Assembly (NCBI GenBank): GCA_037129735.1
Contig: JBAXUJ010000001.1
Span: forward strand, 1 to 36,461
Direction of reading: 5' to 3'
DNA: 36,461 bases
Source of the DNA: Opitutia bacterium
GTDB lineage: Bacteria > Verrucomicrobiota > Verrucomicrobiia > Opitutales > UBA953
Positions 8,866 through 18,139 of the stretch are shown piece by piece. The notes beneath the pieces were generated by a model that had not been told where the DNA came from, did no database searches, and saw only the letters and a list, made by a program, of their open reading frames with translations. Within the stretch, counting starts at the first letter, position 1. Every line of letters begins with the position of its first letter. Both the position numbers and the translations under genes were made by a program.

Positions 8866-10353
8866 ATGAAAATAAAAAGATTAGCATTTAACTCTTTAAG
8901 CATAACGCTCATTCGTCCGCTTTCATTGCTGATTAATTTAGCGGCCTTCCCAGTTTTAATTGAGGCGTTTGGTAAAGAGCTCTTTGGAATATATGTTTTA
9001 GCAGTTACTTTTGCATCTAGCATTGTTTCATTCGATTTTGGTATTCAGTCTAATATTGTTAAAGTTGTAGCTGAATCACGGGCAACAGGTTTAACTTCGG
9101 AGGCCAAGAAAGTTGTAAAATTTGCGTCCAAGATTTATTGGATTACAGGTGCCATATTCTTAACCGCAGCAGTTGTCGTAGGCTTTTGGTTAGAGTTTTT
9201 ATTTAAAATTCCGCCAGCATTACACAATCAGTTTGCCTGGGTGGCATTCCACGCCGGCATTGCTTCGGTTTTAATCATTCGACTGAAGGTAGAGGAGGCT
9301 ATTTTAGACGCTTATGAATTTCACTTTGTTAGAAATCTTGTCGCCATTATTCCAGCGATTGGAACGTTGGTGATGATCTTCATTGTTCGCCGTCACGGTA
9401 TTAGCTTCGAATATTTTGCAAGTTTTAGTTTTCTCTTCTTAATTATTCCAGGCTTTGCTAATTGGGTAGCTAGACATTGGATGAAGTTGTTGCCTGGTTC
9501 GCTAGATGTAAATGCGCCACTGCCTCCCGATTTTATCAAAAACAGTGTCCATACTTTTATTACACAAACGTTGGCTTTTTTGACTTTAACAGGCCAACAG
9601 TTTTTTGTGGGTATGGTTATGGGGCCTGCCGCAGTGGCTGGTTTTGCTTCGGCAACGCGTCCAGTTTTTATGTTAAGAATAATGACGAGTCAGACAGCAT
9701 TGCCGCTTATGCCCCATATCGTCTCACTATTAAAGTTGGGAAAATTACATGAGGCCACTCAGTTTATTCGCAATGCTAACGCGCTCATCTTAATTATTAT
9801 ATTATCCGCTGCCTTACCCTTGGCGACTTGCTCGGAGTTATTTTTTAAAACGTGGTTAGATAGTGATGCTACTCACTTAGCTTATTTATCCAATATTGCC
9901 ATTCTTGGATTAGTGGCCGGCGGATGTACTGGAGTGGTCTCACGTTACTTTGTTTTTGCAGGTGAGCCTAAACGCTTGGCGATTATTCAGAGTAAGTGTT
10001 CAATTATTTTTGTACTATCCTCTTTAGCTTCACTGTACTGGGGAGGATTAGAGGCCTTTCTTTGGGTCATTGCTGCCAATGCCATACTAGTTTCGAGTTT
10101 AGTGTTTAAAGAGTATGTGGGCCAGGCGGGTATATCTTGGCGCGATATTTATCCTTCAAAATTGTTTGTATGGCTACTGCTGGCGATTGGACTGTCAGCC
10201 ATGGCCCAAACTTTCATTAAGCGTTTGCCTGCGAGTTGGGTTTGGGTTGGGGCAACGATTGTGCCTATGGGCTTATTGTTAGGCACATTAGCACTTATTG
10301 TTTTTCGTGCTGAAATTAAAGCAGCCATGCAGCGAAGTAAAAAAGATTCATGA
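8866..10353 (+). CDS. wzx: Wzx-type oligosaccharide flippase (MOP/polysaccharide biosynthesis protein family)
   Basis: 495 aa with roughly 12-14 hydrophobic helices. The N-terminus NSLSITLIRPLSLLINLAAFPVLIEAFGKELFGIY is typical of PF01943-type flippases. Confidence 0.8.
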   Translation: MKIKRLAFNSLSITLIRPLSLLINLAAFPVLIEAFGKELFGIYVLAVTFASSIVSFDFGIQSNIVKVVAESRATGLTSEAKKVVKFASKIYWITGAIFLTAAVVVGFWLEFLFKIPPALHNQFAWVAFHAGIASVLIIRLKVEEAILDAYEFHFVRNLVAIIPAIGTLVMIFIVRRHGISFEYFASFSFLFLIIPGFANWVARHWMKLLPGSLDVNAPLPPDFIKNSVHTFITQTLAFLTLTGQQFFVGMVMGPAAVAGFASATRPVFMLRIMTSQTALPLMPHIVSLLKLGKLHEATQFIRNANALILIIILSAALPLATCSELFFKTWLDSDATHLAYLSNIAILGLVAGGCTGVVSRYFVFAGEPKRLAIIQSKCSIIFVLSSLASLYWGGLEAFLWVIAANAILVSSLVFKEYVGQAGISWRDIYPSKLFVWLLLAIGLSAMAQTFIKRLPASWVWVGATIVPMGLLLGTLALIVFRAEIKAAMQRSKKDS

Positions 10354-12173
10354 CCTCAGTCCTCTATATTGGACTAGCTATTGTTATACTCACAATAGTT
10401 TTTGCTTATTGGAGGACTCCGTGGAGTCGCGTTTGGCTTTCGCCGAGCGTGACCAAGCAATGGCGCGAGCATGATTTAAATCTAAAACATGGTCTGCCAG
10501 AGCCAATTTTAGAGGCGACCTTTGAAGGGTGTAAAATCAAACAGCAATCCGACCGCTTTCATTTTGAGGTTAATGGGAGTAAACCTATAGAACTTACGTT
10601 GGCTAATCCATCAAGCCACTGGCTTCGGTCGCATAATGTTCCTGAAATGTTAGCGATGTATGGACTTCAGTACGCTGCCTGTTGTTTGAAGCAATTTGCG
10701 GAAACCTCAGATAAACGTTGGCTCAATAAATTTGATCGTGCTTTAGAAATTGCAGAATTAGAGGCTCGGCGTGGTTTAAAAAACACTTTCTTCCCGTGGA
10801 CAGAGCATGCGTCGGCACTACGGATGACGAGTAGTCGATATTGTTTATATACCCTCTCACAATGTATAGAAAAAGATGGGTCCAATGATCATATGGATGA
10901 TAGATATAGGCGTGTTCTAAAAATACACTTAACGGCCAGCCAATTATCCATGCAGCCATTGTTGTACGACTATATCACTAATCACGGACTCATCACAGAT
11001 AGCGCTCTGTTACAGTGTGCTATAACTTGGCCAGGAGATTACCCCTTAACAAAAAAAGTTTTAAAGACGGTATCGCAACGAGCTGAAAAAGCCGCCGTTT
11101 ACTTTGTCAGTGCCGATGGGGTACCTTTAGAGCCAGCCACTAGTTATTGGTATCTTATTCGTCGTTTGCTCAATGATATTAAGAGCGGCTTGCAGTTAAA
11201 AAATATCAAGCCCTCAGAGGTTTTTTTATCACGCCTCCGTGCCCTCGACTCATTTTTAACTAACACGAATATGGATGGCGCCGTCCAAAGATTTGGTGAT
11301 TCAGCCTGTGGGCATGAAATTAATTTACCTTTTATTGCTCCAACTCGCCAAGATGAGACAAGGCTATGGGTGTACGACACTGGACTAATTTTAATGAATG
11401 TAGTGCAAGGGGGCAGGGTGGTGATGCAGTTTATGGTTAACGCCCAAGATATTTCACCTCGTGTTCATGCTCAAAGTGACAGCGGTGCTTTGGCGCTCTA
11501 TGCCCGCGGAATTTTTTGGATAAATTCACCAGGGAGTTATACGGCGATGAATTTAGCTAAGCGAAAAGTTTATACACATTATACCAACCAAAGCGGAGTG
11601 TGGTCGAATTTAGACCACCGAAATGGCTGCAGGGTTCTTTCTGTAAAAACAGAGAATGATAATTTTGTGATTACTTTAGCGATTGGGACTAGCATCGAAA
11701 GAAGTATTCTGATTTCCAGAAAAGGCGTTAATATCCAAATTATTGACTCCACAAAAGATAAGTCGGATCTGACCGTGGGGCTATTATTGCCTCCAAGCTG
11801 TTTAATAAAAAATGAAGGTAATAGATTTACACTGATGCTTAACGGAAAAGAGCTACCCGTAGTCAGTGATACGAGCATAGTGGAGTCTAAAGGGTATATT
11901 TCTTATCGTCGTAACGAAGTGATTGAAACAAAGTCACTGCGTCGTTCAGCTCCAACGGTGCACACGCAAATACATTTACCTGAATTTGATAACCAGGTCA
12001 CCCTCTTAACTGCGCTTTCCCCATGCAGCATACCCTACATACGTAAGTTTGGATTGGTTGGTGGCTTGGCACAATGCATCCGAAGTATCAGCGTGAGAAA
12101 AGTTCAATTACTTTTGTTGGCTAGTGTGATATTTATTACTCTTAGTTTTGTAACTAAAATTTTTAATCAATGA
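10350..12173 (+). CDS. Membrane-anchored heparinase II/III-family protein (second paralog)
   Basis: 607 aa. N-terminal TM (VLYIGLAIVILTIVFAYW) and C-terminal TM (LLLLASVIFITLSFVTKIF). Contains WTEHASALRM and HAQSDSGALALYARG (H-x-x-D..G..l motif of the heparinase II/III C-domain). ATGA overlap with wzx. Confidence 0.55.
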   Translation: MTSVLYIGLAIVILTIVFAYWRTPWSRVWLSPSVTKQWREHDLNLKHGLPEPILEATFEGCKIKQQSDRFHFEVNGSKPIELTLANPSSHWLRSHNVPEMLAMYGLQYAACCLKQFAETSDKRWLNKFDRALEIAELEARRGLKNTFFPWTEHASALRMTSSRYCLYTLSQCIEKDGSNDHMDDRYRRVLKIHLTASQLSMQPLLYDYITNHGLITDSALLQCAITWPGDYPLTKKVLKTVSQRAEKAAVYFVSADGVPLEPATSYWYLIRRLLNDIKSGLQLKNIKPSEVFLSRLRALDSFLTNTNMDGAVQRFGDSACGHEINLPFIAPTRQDETRLWVYDTGLILMNVVQGGRVVMQFMVNAQDISPRVHAQSDSGALALYARGIFWINSPGSYTAMNLAKRKVYTHYTNQSGVWSNLDHRNGCRVLSVKTENDNFVITLAIGTSIERSILISRKGVNIQIIDSTKDKSDLTVGLLLPPSCLIKNEGNRFTLMLNGKELPVVSDTSIVESKGYISYRRNEVIETKSLRRSAPTVHTQIHLPEFDNQVTLLTALSPCSIPYIRKFGLVGGLAQCIRSISVRKVQLLLLASVIFITLSFVTKIFNQ

Positions 12174-12712
12174 GCCCCGTTTTTTTTGCTCTCTCCCGTT
12201 TCTATGCCTATATTTTAAGGCAATGGGTCAGCTGTATTCCTTTTCATTTTATTCGGCTCCAGATATATCGTCTGTCGGGACTTAAGTTTGGCAATAAATG
12301 CTCCATTTTAATGGGCTGCGAGTTGCGCTACCCTAAAAAAATTATTCTCGGCGATCACTGTGTGATTAACCGTGATGTAGTTCTTGATGGTCGTGGCGGG
12401 CTATTAACCTTAGGTAATAATGTCGATGTGGCCCAAGAGGTAGTTATTTGGACTCTGGGTCACGACATTCACGATGACTCTCACTGTGATAAAGGGGCAG
12501 CCGTAACAATTGAGGATTATGTTTGGATCGGCCATCGAGCCATCATTATGCCCGGTGTCACCCTTGGTCGTGGAGCGGTGGTCGCTGCTGGTGCTGTGGT
12601 GACCAAAAGTGTCCCTGCTATGTCGATTGTTGCTGGAGTGCCTGCAAAAGTAATTGGTCAGCGTCAGAGTGCATTAAGTTACACAAAATTTCACCGTCCG
12701 TGGTTTGAATAA
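12170..12712 (+). CDS. Hexapeptide-repeat (LbH) O-acetyltransferase, WcaF/WbbJ-like
   Basis: 180 aa. Left-handed beta-helix repeats (ILGDHCVINRDVVLDG.., VWIGHRAIIMPGVTLGRGAVVAAGAVVTKSVPAMSIVAGVPAKVIGQR). ATGA overlap with the upstream gene. Confidence 0.85.
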   Translation: MSPVFFALSRFYAYILRQWVSCIPFHFIRLQIYRLSGLKFGNKCSILMGCELRYPKKIILGDHCVINRDVVLDGRGGLLTLGNNVDVAQEVVIWTLGHDIHDDSHCDKGAAVTIEDYVWIGHRAIIMPGVTLGRGAVVAAGAVVTKSVPAMSIVAGVPAKVIGQRQSALSYTKFHRPWFE

Positions 12713-12713
12713 A

Positions 12714-13790
12714 ATGACCCCAAAATTTAAAATCGGATTATTCCCATTCGGAGGAAAAGAAAATCCTTACACCAAAATGGTGGCAGATGCGGTTGAGCAG
12801 GGAGGAAATAAGCCTTTACCATTAAAGGATACTAAATTTTTCCCTATTCGCCGAGCCTGCCAATCAGGGGTGGATTTAATCCATATGTTTTGGCCAAGTA
12901 ATTTCTATCATTCATCCACTTGGTTCGGCACGATGATTAAGAGAGTTATGTTTGCTGACGGCTTAAACTATCTCGGTCGTATTCCCTTAATTTATTCGGC
13001 AGATAATTTGTATCCACACGACGCTGATTCGCCCGATTTCGAAAAAAGCCAAATCCAGAAAATTGTTAATGAAGCCGACGGAATTATTGTCGCTAGTAAA
13101 GCTGCTCAAGAAATTTTTTCTAAATTTTACCAAGTCCCTAAAACGACAAAGTTTTTTATCGTTCCGCACTCTAATTATATCGGTAAATATAAAGATACCA
13201 TCAGTCGCGATCAGGCGCGAATTAAACTGGGCATCGGCTCACAGGAAAAAGTGATGCTTTCTTTGGGTCGCATTAATAAATACAAAGGCTTAGGATTATT
13301 GAGCAAAGCTTTCTTCGCCGCCGACGTTAAGGATTCCCACTTACTCATCGCGGGATCTTGTAATCAGCCTGAGATAATCGAAGAAATAAATAAGAATAAT
13401 AAATCTGAGTCAGGGCAGTCTAAAATGACCATACACGCTCGATTTATCCCTGATGACGAAATCCAGGTTTATATGAGGGCCGCTGATTGTGTGGTTTTAA
13501 GTTACGACGATGTTCCCATGAATCCAGGTTCGGTTATTTTGGCGATGAGCTTTGGCCTCCCCGTTTGTTGTGTGAACACTGGGTCAGTCGCCGAAATTTT
13601 GGGGCCTCGTTGTTTGTTCTCCTATCAGCCTCAGAATTTAGATTCCATGGTAACGGCGATTCGTACGGCGCTTGAATGTACAGATTTACCTGAGAGGGGT
13701 CGCGAGGCTTATGATTTAGCTGTAAAAAAACACTCGCCTGCCTTGGTCGCATCTCGCCTCCAGCAGGCCTATACTGAAGTCATTAAATGA
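12714..13790 (+). CDS. GT-B glycosyltransferase (GT4/GT1-like)
   Basis: The track starts at TTG 12705, and ATG 12714 is more likely. C-terminal half: GRINKYKGL..., VVLSYDDVPMNPGSVILAMSFGLPVCCVNTGSVAEIL (E-x7-E-like region). Confidence 0.7.
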   Translation: MTPKFKIGLFPFGGKENPYTKMVADAVEQGGNKPLPLKDTKFFPIRRACQSGVDLIHMFWPSNFYHSSTWFGTMIKRVMFADGLNYLGRIPLIYSADNLYPHDADSPDFEKSQIQKIVNEADGIIVASKAAQEIFSKFYQVPKTTKFFIVPHSNYIGKYKDTISRDQARIKLGIGSQEKVMLSLGRINKYKGLGLLSKAFFAADVKDSHLLIAGSCNQPEIIEEINKNNKSESGQSKMTIHARFIPDDEIQVYMRAADCVVLSYDDVPMNPGSVILAMSFGLPVCCVNTGSVAEILGPRCLFSYQPQNLDSMVTAIRTALECTDLPERGREAYDLAVKKHSPALVASRLQQAYTEVIK

Positions 13791-14911
13791 AGAAGAAAGT
13801 TATATTCATTACAACTTCTTGGGGGAAGGGTGGGACGGGTCCGGAAATCTATGCCCGCTACTTATGGGAGGCCTTCCGCGACGACCCAGAGATTGAATTT
13901 CATTTAGTCGCCACAGGCTCTGGCTCTGATCATCCACGTTTACATTTAATTAATCCTCCTAAGAGCTCGCTAAACTTATATAGGGCGGTGGCGGAAAAAG
14001 GATTAGCGTTAGCGCGTTCATTGGGCCCTTCTGGAATTTTACACGTCAACAGTAGCAATCTTCATTCCTGCTTACTCCATTCGCCGTGGCCAGTATGGGG
14101 ACAGATTAATGACTACGAAAACACTACGGTTTTTTCTCAGGCATTTAAAATAATCAAAACTTATGGAATGCGACGCTGGGTCGCCTTGCTCCGTCGCTGG
14201 TGGCTGGAGCGCCAATTTGTCAATAAACAGGCACTGAGCTTGTGTAATTCCCAGTTCACGCAGCAGAATATTTTAGAAGCTTATAAACCTCAATATCCTG
14301 AGCGTCTTAAAGTTTTATATAAGGCCGTAGATACAACTCAATTTGAACGTCCTGCGGTCTTACCAGCTAATCCTCATCAGGTTGTTGATCATCGCGCCGT
14401 AGTTTTGTATGTGGGTTCTGATTTTCGTCGGAAGGGCTTAGATGATTTAATCAACGCTCTGCCTTTAATTAAAAATCCGCTGCACTTATCCATCGCGGGC
14501 GTCACCGAGCAACAATTTGTAACTGAATTTCCAGAGTTGGCTGGTTCTATTAAGAGTCCAATTCACACTATTCAATTTCACGGTCAGACCCCACGAGATA
14601 CTACCAAAGCCTTAATGTGGCATGCCGATGTGTTCTGTCTGCCTTCGCGCTCCGAAGCCCTCGGTGTTGCTATTTTAGAGGCTTTAGCTGCTGGCTTACC
14701 CTGTGTGTCTACGACTGTGGGCGGTATTCCTGAAATTGCCCGACATCTCGGCGGATGTGAATTAGTTGCACCCAATAATCCGCAAGCATTAGCTGAAGCT
14801 ATTGATGTAGTCATTCAGTCACCACCTGCCTTTTCTCAGTCTATCCTCGCAAGCTCTCCGTTTACGGTCTCAGCCATGACCCAATCCCTGCGTCATTTAT
14901 ATTTAAAATGA
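13787..14911 (+). CDS. Glycosyltransferase family 4
   Basis: 374 aa. VGSDFRRKGLDDLI and PSRSEALGVAILEALAAGLPCVSTTVGGIPE form the classical GT4 EX7E motif. ATGA overlap on both sides. Confidence 0.85.
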   Translation: MKKKVIFITTSWGKGGTGPEIYARYLWEAFRDDPEIEFHLVATGSGSDHPRLHLINPPKSSLNLYRAVAEKGLALARSLGPSGILHVNSSNLHSCLLHSPWPVWGQINDYENTTVFSQAFKIIKTYGMRRWVALLRRWWLERQFVNKQALSLCNSQFTQQNILEAYKPQYPERLKVLYKAVDTTQFERPAVLPANPHQVVDHRAVVLYVGSDFRRKGLDDLINALPLIKNPLHLSIAGVTEQQFVTEFPELAGSIKSPIHTIQFHGQTPRDTTKALMWHADVFCLPSRSEALGVAILEALAAGLPCVSTTVGGIPEIARHLGGCELVAPNNPQALAEAIDVVIQSPPAFSQSILASSPFTVSAMTQSLRHLYLK

Positions 14912-16062
14912 ATAAACCAAGTTTAGCACCACGATTTCTCTATATTTTTTGTATAGGATATTTAGTTACTATTTTCACGGCCGGGACTAACGCCTTGCCT
15001 TATCTGAGTATGGTAATGATTTCACTCGGACTACTTTTCGGAATGATTTCAGCTTCAGGAAGGTCTAACGCAGGTATCATCATTGTACTAATATTAATTT
15101 CAGTGCTCGCTGCTGTTAATTCAATCATTTCAACTAGTATGGCTGATACCAGTATTAAGTGGGCACTTTGGATGATTACCTTGTTTTCAATGTTTTCAAT
15201 GGCCCAGCGAGCAGGGTCATCCGTAGATGAGGCACTCTGTAAAAATACCGCCCCGGCATTTTTCATTATCTGGCTGGTTTTGGCGATTAAGGGTAACGCA
15301 TTAGCAGATACTGTCAAAGAAAGTACAACAACCCTGCACCTATCTGCTTTTTATGCTAATTTAGTTATTTGCGCGGGGATATTTTATCCTAAAAAATTTC
15401 TCCGTATTTTATTTGTTTTAGTGGGTGCCATCGGAGCTTTGACCTCGGGCTCCCGTGCAGCATTCCTTTTTCTTCCCTTAGTTTTTATTCCAGGAGTTGT
15501 TTACTATTTTAAGGTAAAATTATCCAGTATTGCCATAGTTGCCATGGTATTTGGTCTGTTGTTTACTATTTTAAATAACGATCAACTTACTGCGTTAACT
15601 TTTGGACGTAAAGGTGAAGAGATTACAAACATTGACTCGATGGAGTTGGCGGAAAGATCGGCCGGTGGTCGTGCTGAATTAAGAGAAATGGGAGTGAATT
15701 ATATTAAAGATAAGCCCTGGGGTTACGGGTATGGGCAAAGTATCGATGTCGTTATGGATGGCAAAAGCTTAGGTAACAACCTGCACAATGGATATCTTAA
15801 TGTCGCCACCCAGATGGGGCTTCACATCTTTTTAATTTATATGTCAGTGATTACATGGACTTACTATAAGCTTATGACATATGAGCGTATTTCTCGGCGT
15901 TCTCGTTTTTTCACACTGAGTATTTTAACTTGTGTATTTTTGCGTGCTATTTCCGAAAGTTTTAGTCTTTTCGATTTAGGTCACCCAGCGGCCTTTTTCT
16001 GTATCTTTCTTATTTCACTCTTTGTTATTCGCTACCAAAATCCACAGCGCCAATTTACCTAA
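14908..16062 (+). CDS. Wzy_C-domain membrane protein (O-antigen polymerase or ligase-like)
   Basis: 384 aa with about 10 TM helices. LTSGSRAAFLF sits before a large periplasmic loop, as in O-antigen ligase/polymerase (PF04932) proteins. Polymerase versus ligase cannot be resolved from sequence. Confidence 0.7.
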   Translation: MNKPSLAPRFLYIFCIGYLVTIFTAGTNALPYLSMVMISLGLLFGMISASGRSNAGIIIVLILISVLAAVNSIISTSMADTSIKWALWMITLFSMFSMAQRAGSSVDEALCKNTAPAFFIIWLVLAIKGNALADTVKESTTTLHLSAFYANLVICAGIFYPKKFLRILFVLVGAIGALTSGSRAAFLFLPLVFIPGVVYYFKVKLSSIAIVAMVFGLLFTILNNDQLTALTFGRKGEEITNIDSMELAERSAGGRAELREMGVNYIKDKPWGYGYGQSIDVVMDGKSLGNNLHNGYLNVATQMGLHIFLIYMSVITWTYYKLMTYERISRRSRFFTLSILTCVFLRAISESFSLFDLGHPAAFFCIFLISLFVIRYQNPQRQFT

Positions 16063-16063
16063 G

Positions 16064-17116
16064 ATGAAGCCCGCTTTATTATTTATATCAGTCAACGATG
16101 GTAGTGATACCAGAATCATTAAGGAAATAAAAAGCCTTAGCCAAAACTTTGAAATTACTTTTATCGGTATTCAAACGCCTACTTCTACGGCAGATATGTT
16201 GCCGCCATCCTGTCAAAAATTCTTTATTAAAGGCCTTCGACGCTCTCCGGTAACCATCGCCAAATTATTTTTTCAAGTCGCTCGGCTCTGCCCTTGGAGG
16301 TTTGGCTCAGTTCATGTTATTAATGAAAACCTAGCATTAGTTTTGCTTCCACTGCTCGTCTTAGCACGTCACTGGGTTTTAGATATTTTTGACTCCTATT
16401 TCCTCAAGTCGACCTCGCGCCTCATGAGTCTGTTTAAGGCTATTCTGCAAAGAATCATTTATGGTTCGGCCTCGATTATATTAGTCACGGACGAGGCCCG
16501 ACTCAATTTACTGCCTGAATGGTCCAGAGCTAAAACCCGCGTTTTGCCTAACTATCCTCTAACCGATAGTTCTAATAACGGTTCACGATCTGTTCGTGAG
16601 GGGCCATTGACCATTTTCTTTTCTGGCTCGATTGGTCGAGATCGCGGAATCCCCTTTTTGATTAATTTATTAAAACAGGATCCTCAATTAGTCGTTCATG
16701 TGGCTGGTTGGTTATATGATCAACCAGGCGAGGAACTTACCCGCCACCCGCAAATTAAATACCACGGTGTGGTTCACCAAATGGAAGCTGCTCAAATTGC
16801 CAAGCAGTGCGACTACATTCTATGCTTATACGAGCCTAATATTCCTAATAATATTTATGCTTCGCCCAATAAAATTTACGACGGAATTCAGGCCGGTGTT
16901 CCGGTGATTATTAATCAGGAGGTACTAGTTTCAGCTTTTGTTCGCGATGAAAATCTCGGGGTTGTTTTAGAGTCTTACAACCCTTCCAATCTTGCTTCAG
17001 TTTTAGAAGAGTTAAAAACCCGACGAAATCAATTTACCCATGTTGTGCAAATGCAGGGAAAATACACTTGGGAAAAAAATGAACCCGTTCTGATTACCGC
17101 CCATTTAAAATCCTAA
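16064..17116 (+). CDS. GT-B glycosyltransferase
   Basis: The track starts at TTG 16022 inside the upstream gene. ATG 16064 (MKPALLFISVNDGSD) lies 1 nt after the upstream stop. FFSGSIGRDRGIPFL and SPNKIYDGIQAGVPVIIN are consistent with a GT-B C-domain. Confidence 0.6.
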   Translation: MKPALLFISVNDGSDTRIIKEIKSLSQNFEITFIGIQTPTSTADMLPPSCQKFFIKGLRRSPVTIAKLFFQVARLCPWRFGSVHVINENLALVLLPLLVLARHWVLDIFDSYFLKSTSRLMSLFKAILQRIIYGSASIILVTDEARLNLLPEWSRAKTRVLPNYPLTDSSNNGSRSVREGPLTIFFSGSIGRDRGIPFLINLLKQDPQLVVHVAGWLYDQPGEELTRHPQIKYHGVVHQMEAAQIAKQCDYILCLYEPNIPNNIYASPNKIYDGIQAGVPVIINQEVLVSAFVRDENLGVVLESYNPSNLASVLEELKTRRNQFTHVVQMQGKYTWEKNEPVLITAHLKS

Positions 17117-17120
17117 TATT

Positions 17121-18122
17121 ATGTCACACTCCACCCATCCGTCGGCAAAATTATTATCCGTAGTTGTACCTTGTTATAATGAACAAGAAGTCATTATGGA
17201 AACTGTAAAGCGATTAAAAGCTTTTGCGACTAATCTCAAAAACTTAGATGTAGAATTTATTTTTGTTGATGACGGCTCGCGTGATCAAACCTTGGCTATG
17301 CTGAAATCATTTGCTGCGTCTGATTCACGAATTAAGATTATTAGTTTTTCTCGGAATTTTGGGCAACAAATGGCGATGACGGCAGGAATAGATGCTACCA
17401 GTGGCGACGCCGTTGTACTTATTGATGCTGATTTGCAAGACCCTCCAGAAGTTATTCATGATATGATCAAAAAATGGGAAGAAGGATTTGATGTAATTTA
17501 TGCAACTCGCACAGAGCGTCCTGGTGAGTCGGTGTTTAAATTAGCGACGGCACGTTTATTCTACCGCCTACTTAATAAATTAACCTCTGTGCCTATTCCT
17601 TTGGATACCGGAGACTTCCGTCTGATGAGTCGTCCCGTGGTTGATACGATTAGGACGATGCCAGAGTGCGATCGTTTTTTACGAGGTATGGTTAGTTGGG
17701 TTGGCTTTAAACAAGTAGCACTTCCTTATAAGCGCTCTGAAAGATTTGCTGGCGAAACTAAATGGTCTGTAGTGAAGTTACTATTTTTAGCGATTGATGG
17801 AATTATTTCATTCTCCAACAAACCGCTAGATTTTATACTCAGTTTGGGGATAGCTCTTACTAGTCTTACTACGTTAGGCATTATAGGAATTTTTGTACAA
17901 AAACTGATTTACGATGTTTGGGCGTCGAACAACTTAATTTTGTTGTTGGGCGTCGGCTTCTTCAGTGGGATTCAATTATTATCACTAGGTATTGTGGGTC
18001 TTTATATTGGGCGTAATTATAATCAGATTAAAGACCGCCCGCTCTATATCGTGCAAGAGTATCTAGGGTTTTCAAAAGAATCTCTCGCGCAAAGCAGAAG
18101 TCCTGTAGTCATTCAAAAATAA
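17121..18122 (+). CDS. GT2 polyprenyl-phosphate glycosyltransferase (GtrB/ArnC/DPM-synthase-like)
   Basis: 333 aa. SVVVPCYNEQEVI, VDDGSRDQT, FSRNFGQQMA, DADLQDPPE, and two C-terminal TM helices. This is the standard architecture of bactoprenol-phosphate sugar transferases. Confidence 0.9.
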   Translation: MSHSTHPSAKLLSVVVPCYNEQEVIMETVKRLKAFATNLKNLDVEFIFVDDGSRDQTLAMLKSFAASDSRIKIISFSRNFGQQMAMTAGIDATSGDAVVLIDADLQDPPEVIHDMIKKWEEGFDVIYATRTERPGESVFKLATARLFYRLLNKLTSVPIPLDTGDFRLMSRPVVDTIRTMPECDRFLRGMVSWVGFKQVALPYKRSERFAGETKWSVVKLLFLAIDGIISFSNKPLDFILSLGIALTSLTTLGIIGIFVQKLIYDVWASNNLILLLGVGFFSGIQLLSLGIVGLYIGRNYNQIKDRPLYIVQEYLGFSKESLAQSRSPVVIQK

Positions 18123-18139
18123 CCATTTCATCATTCAAA

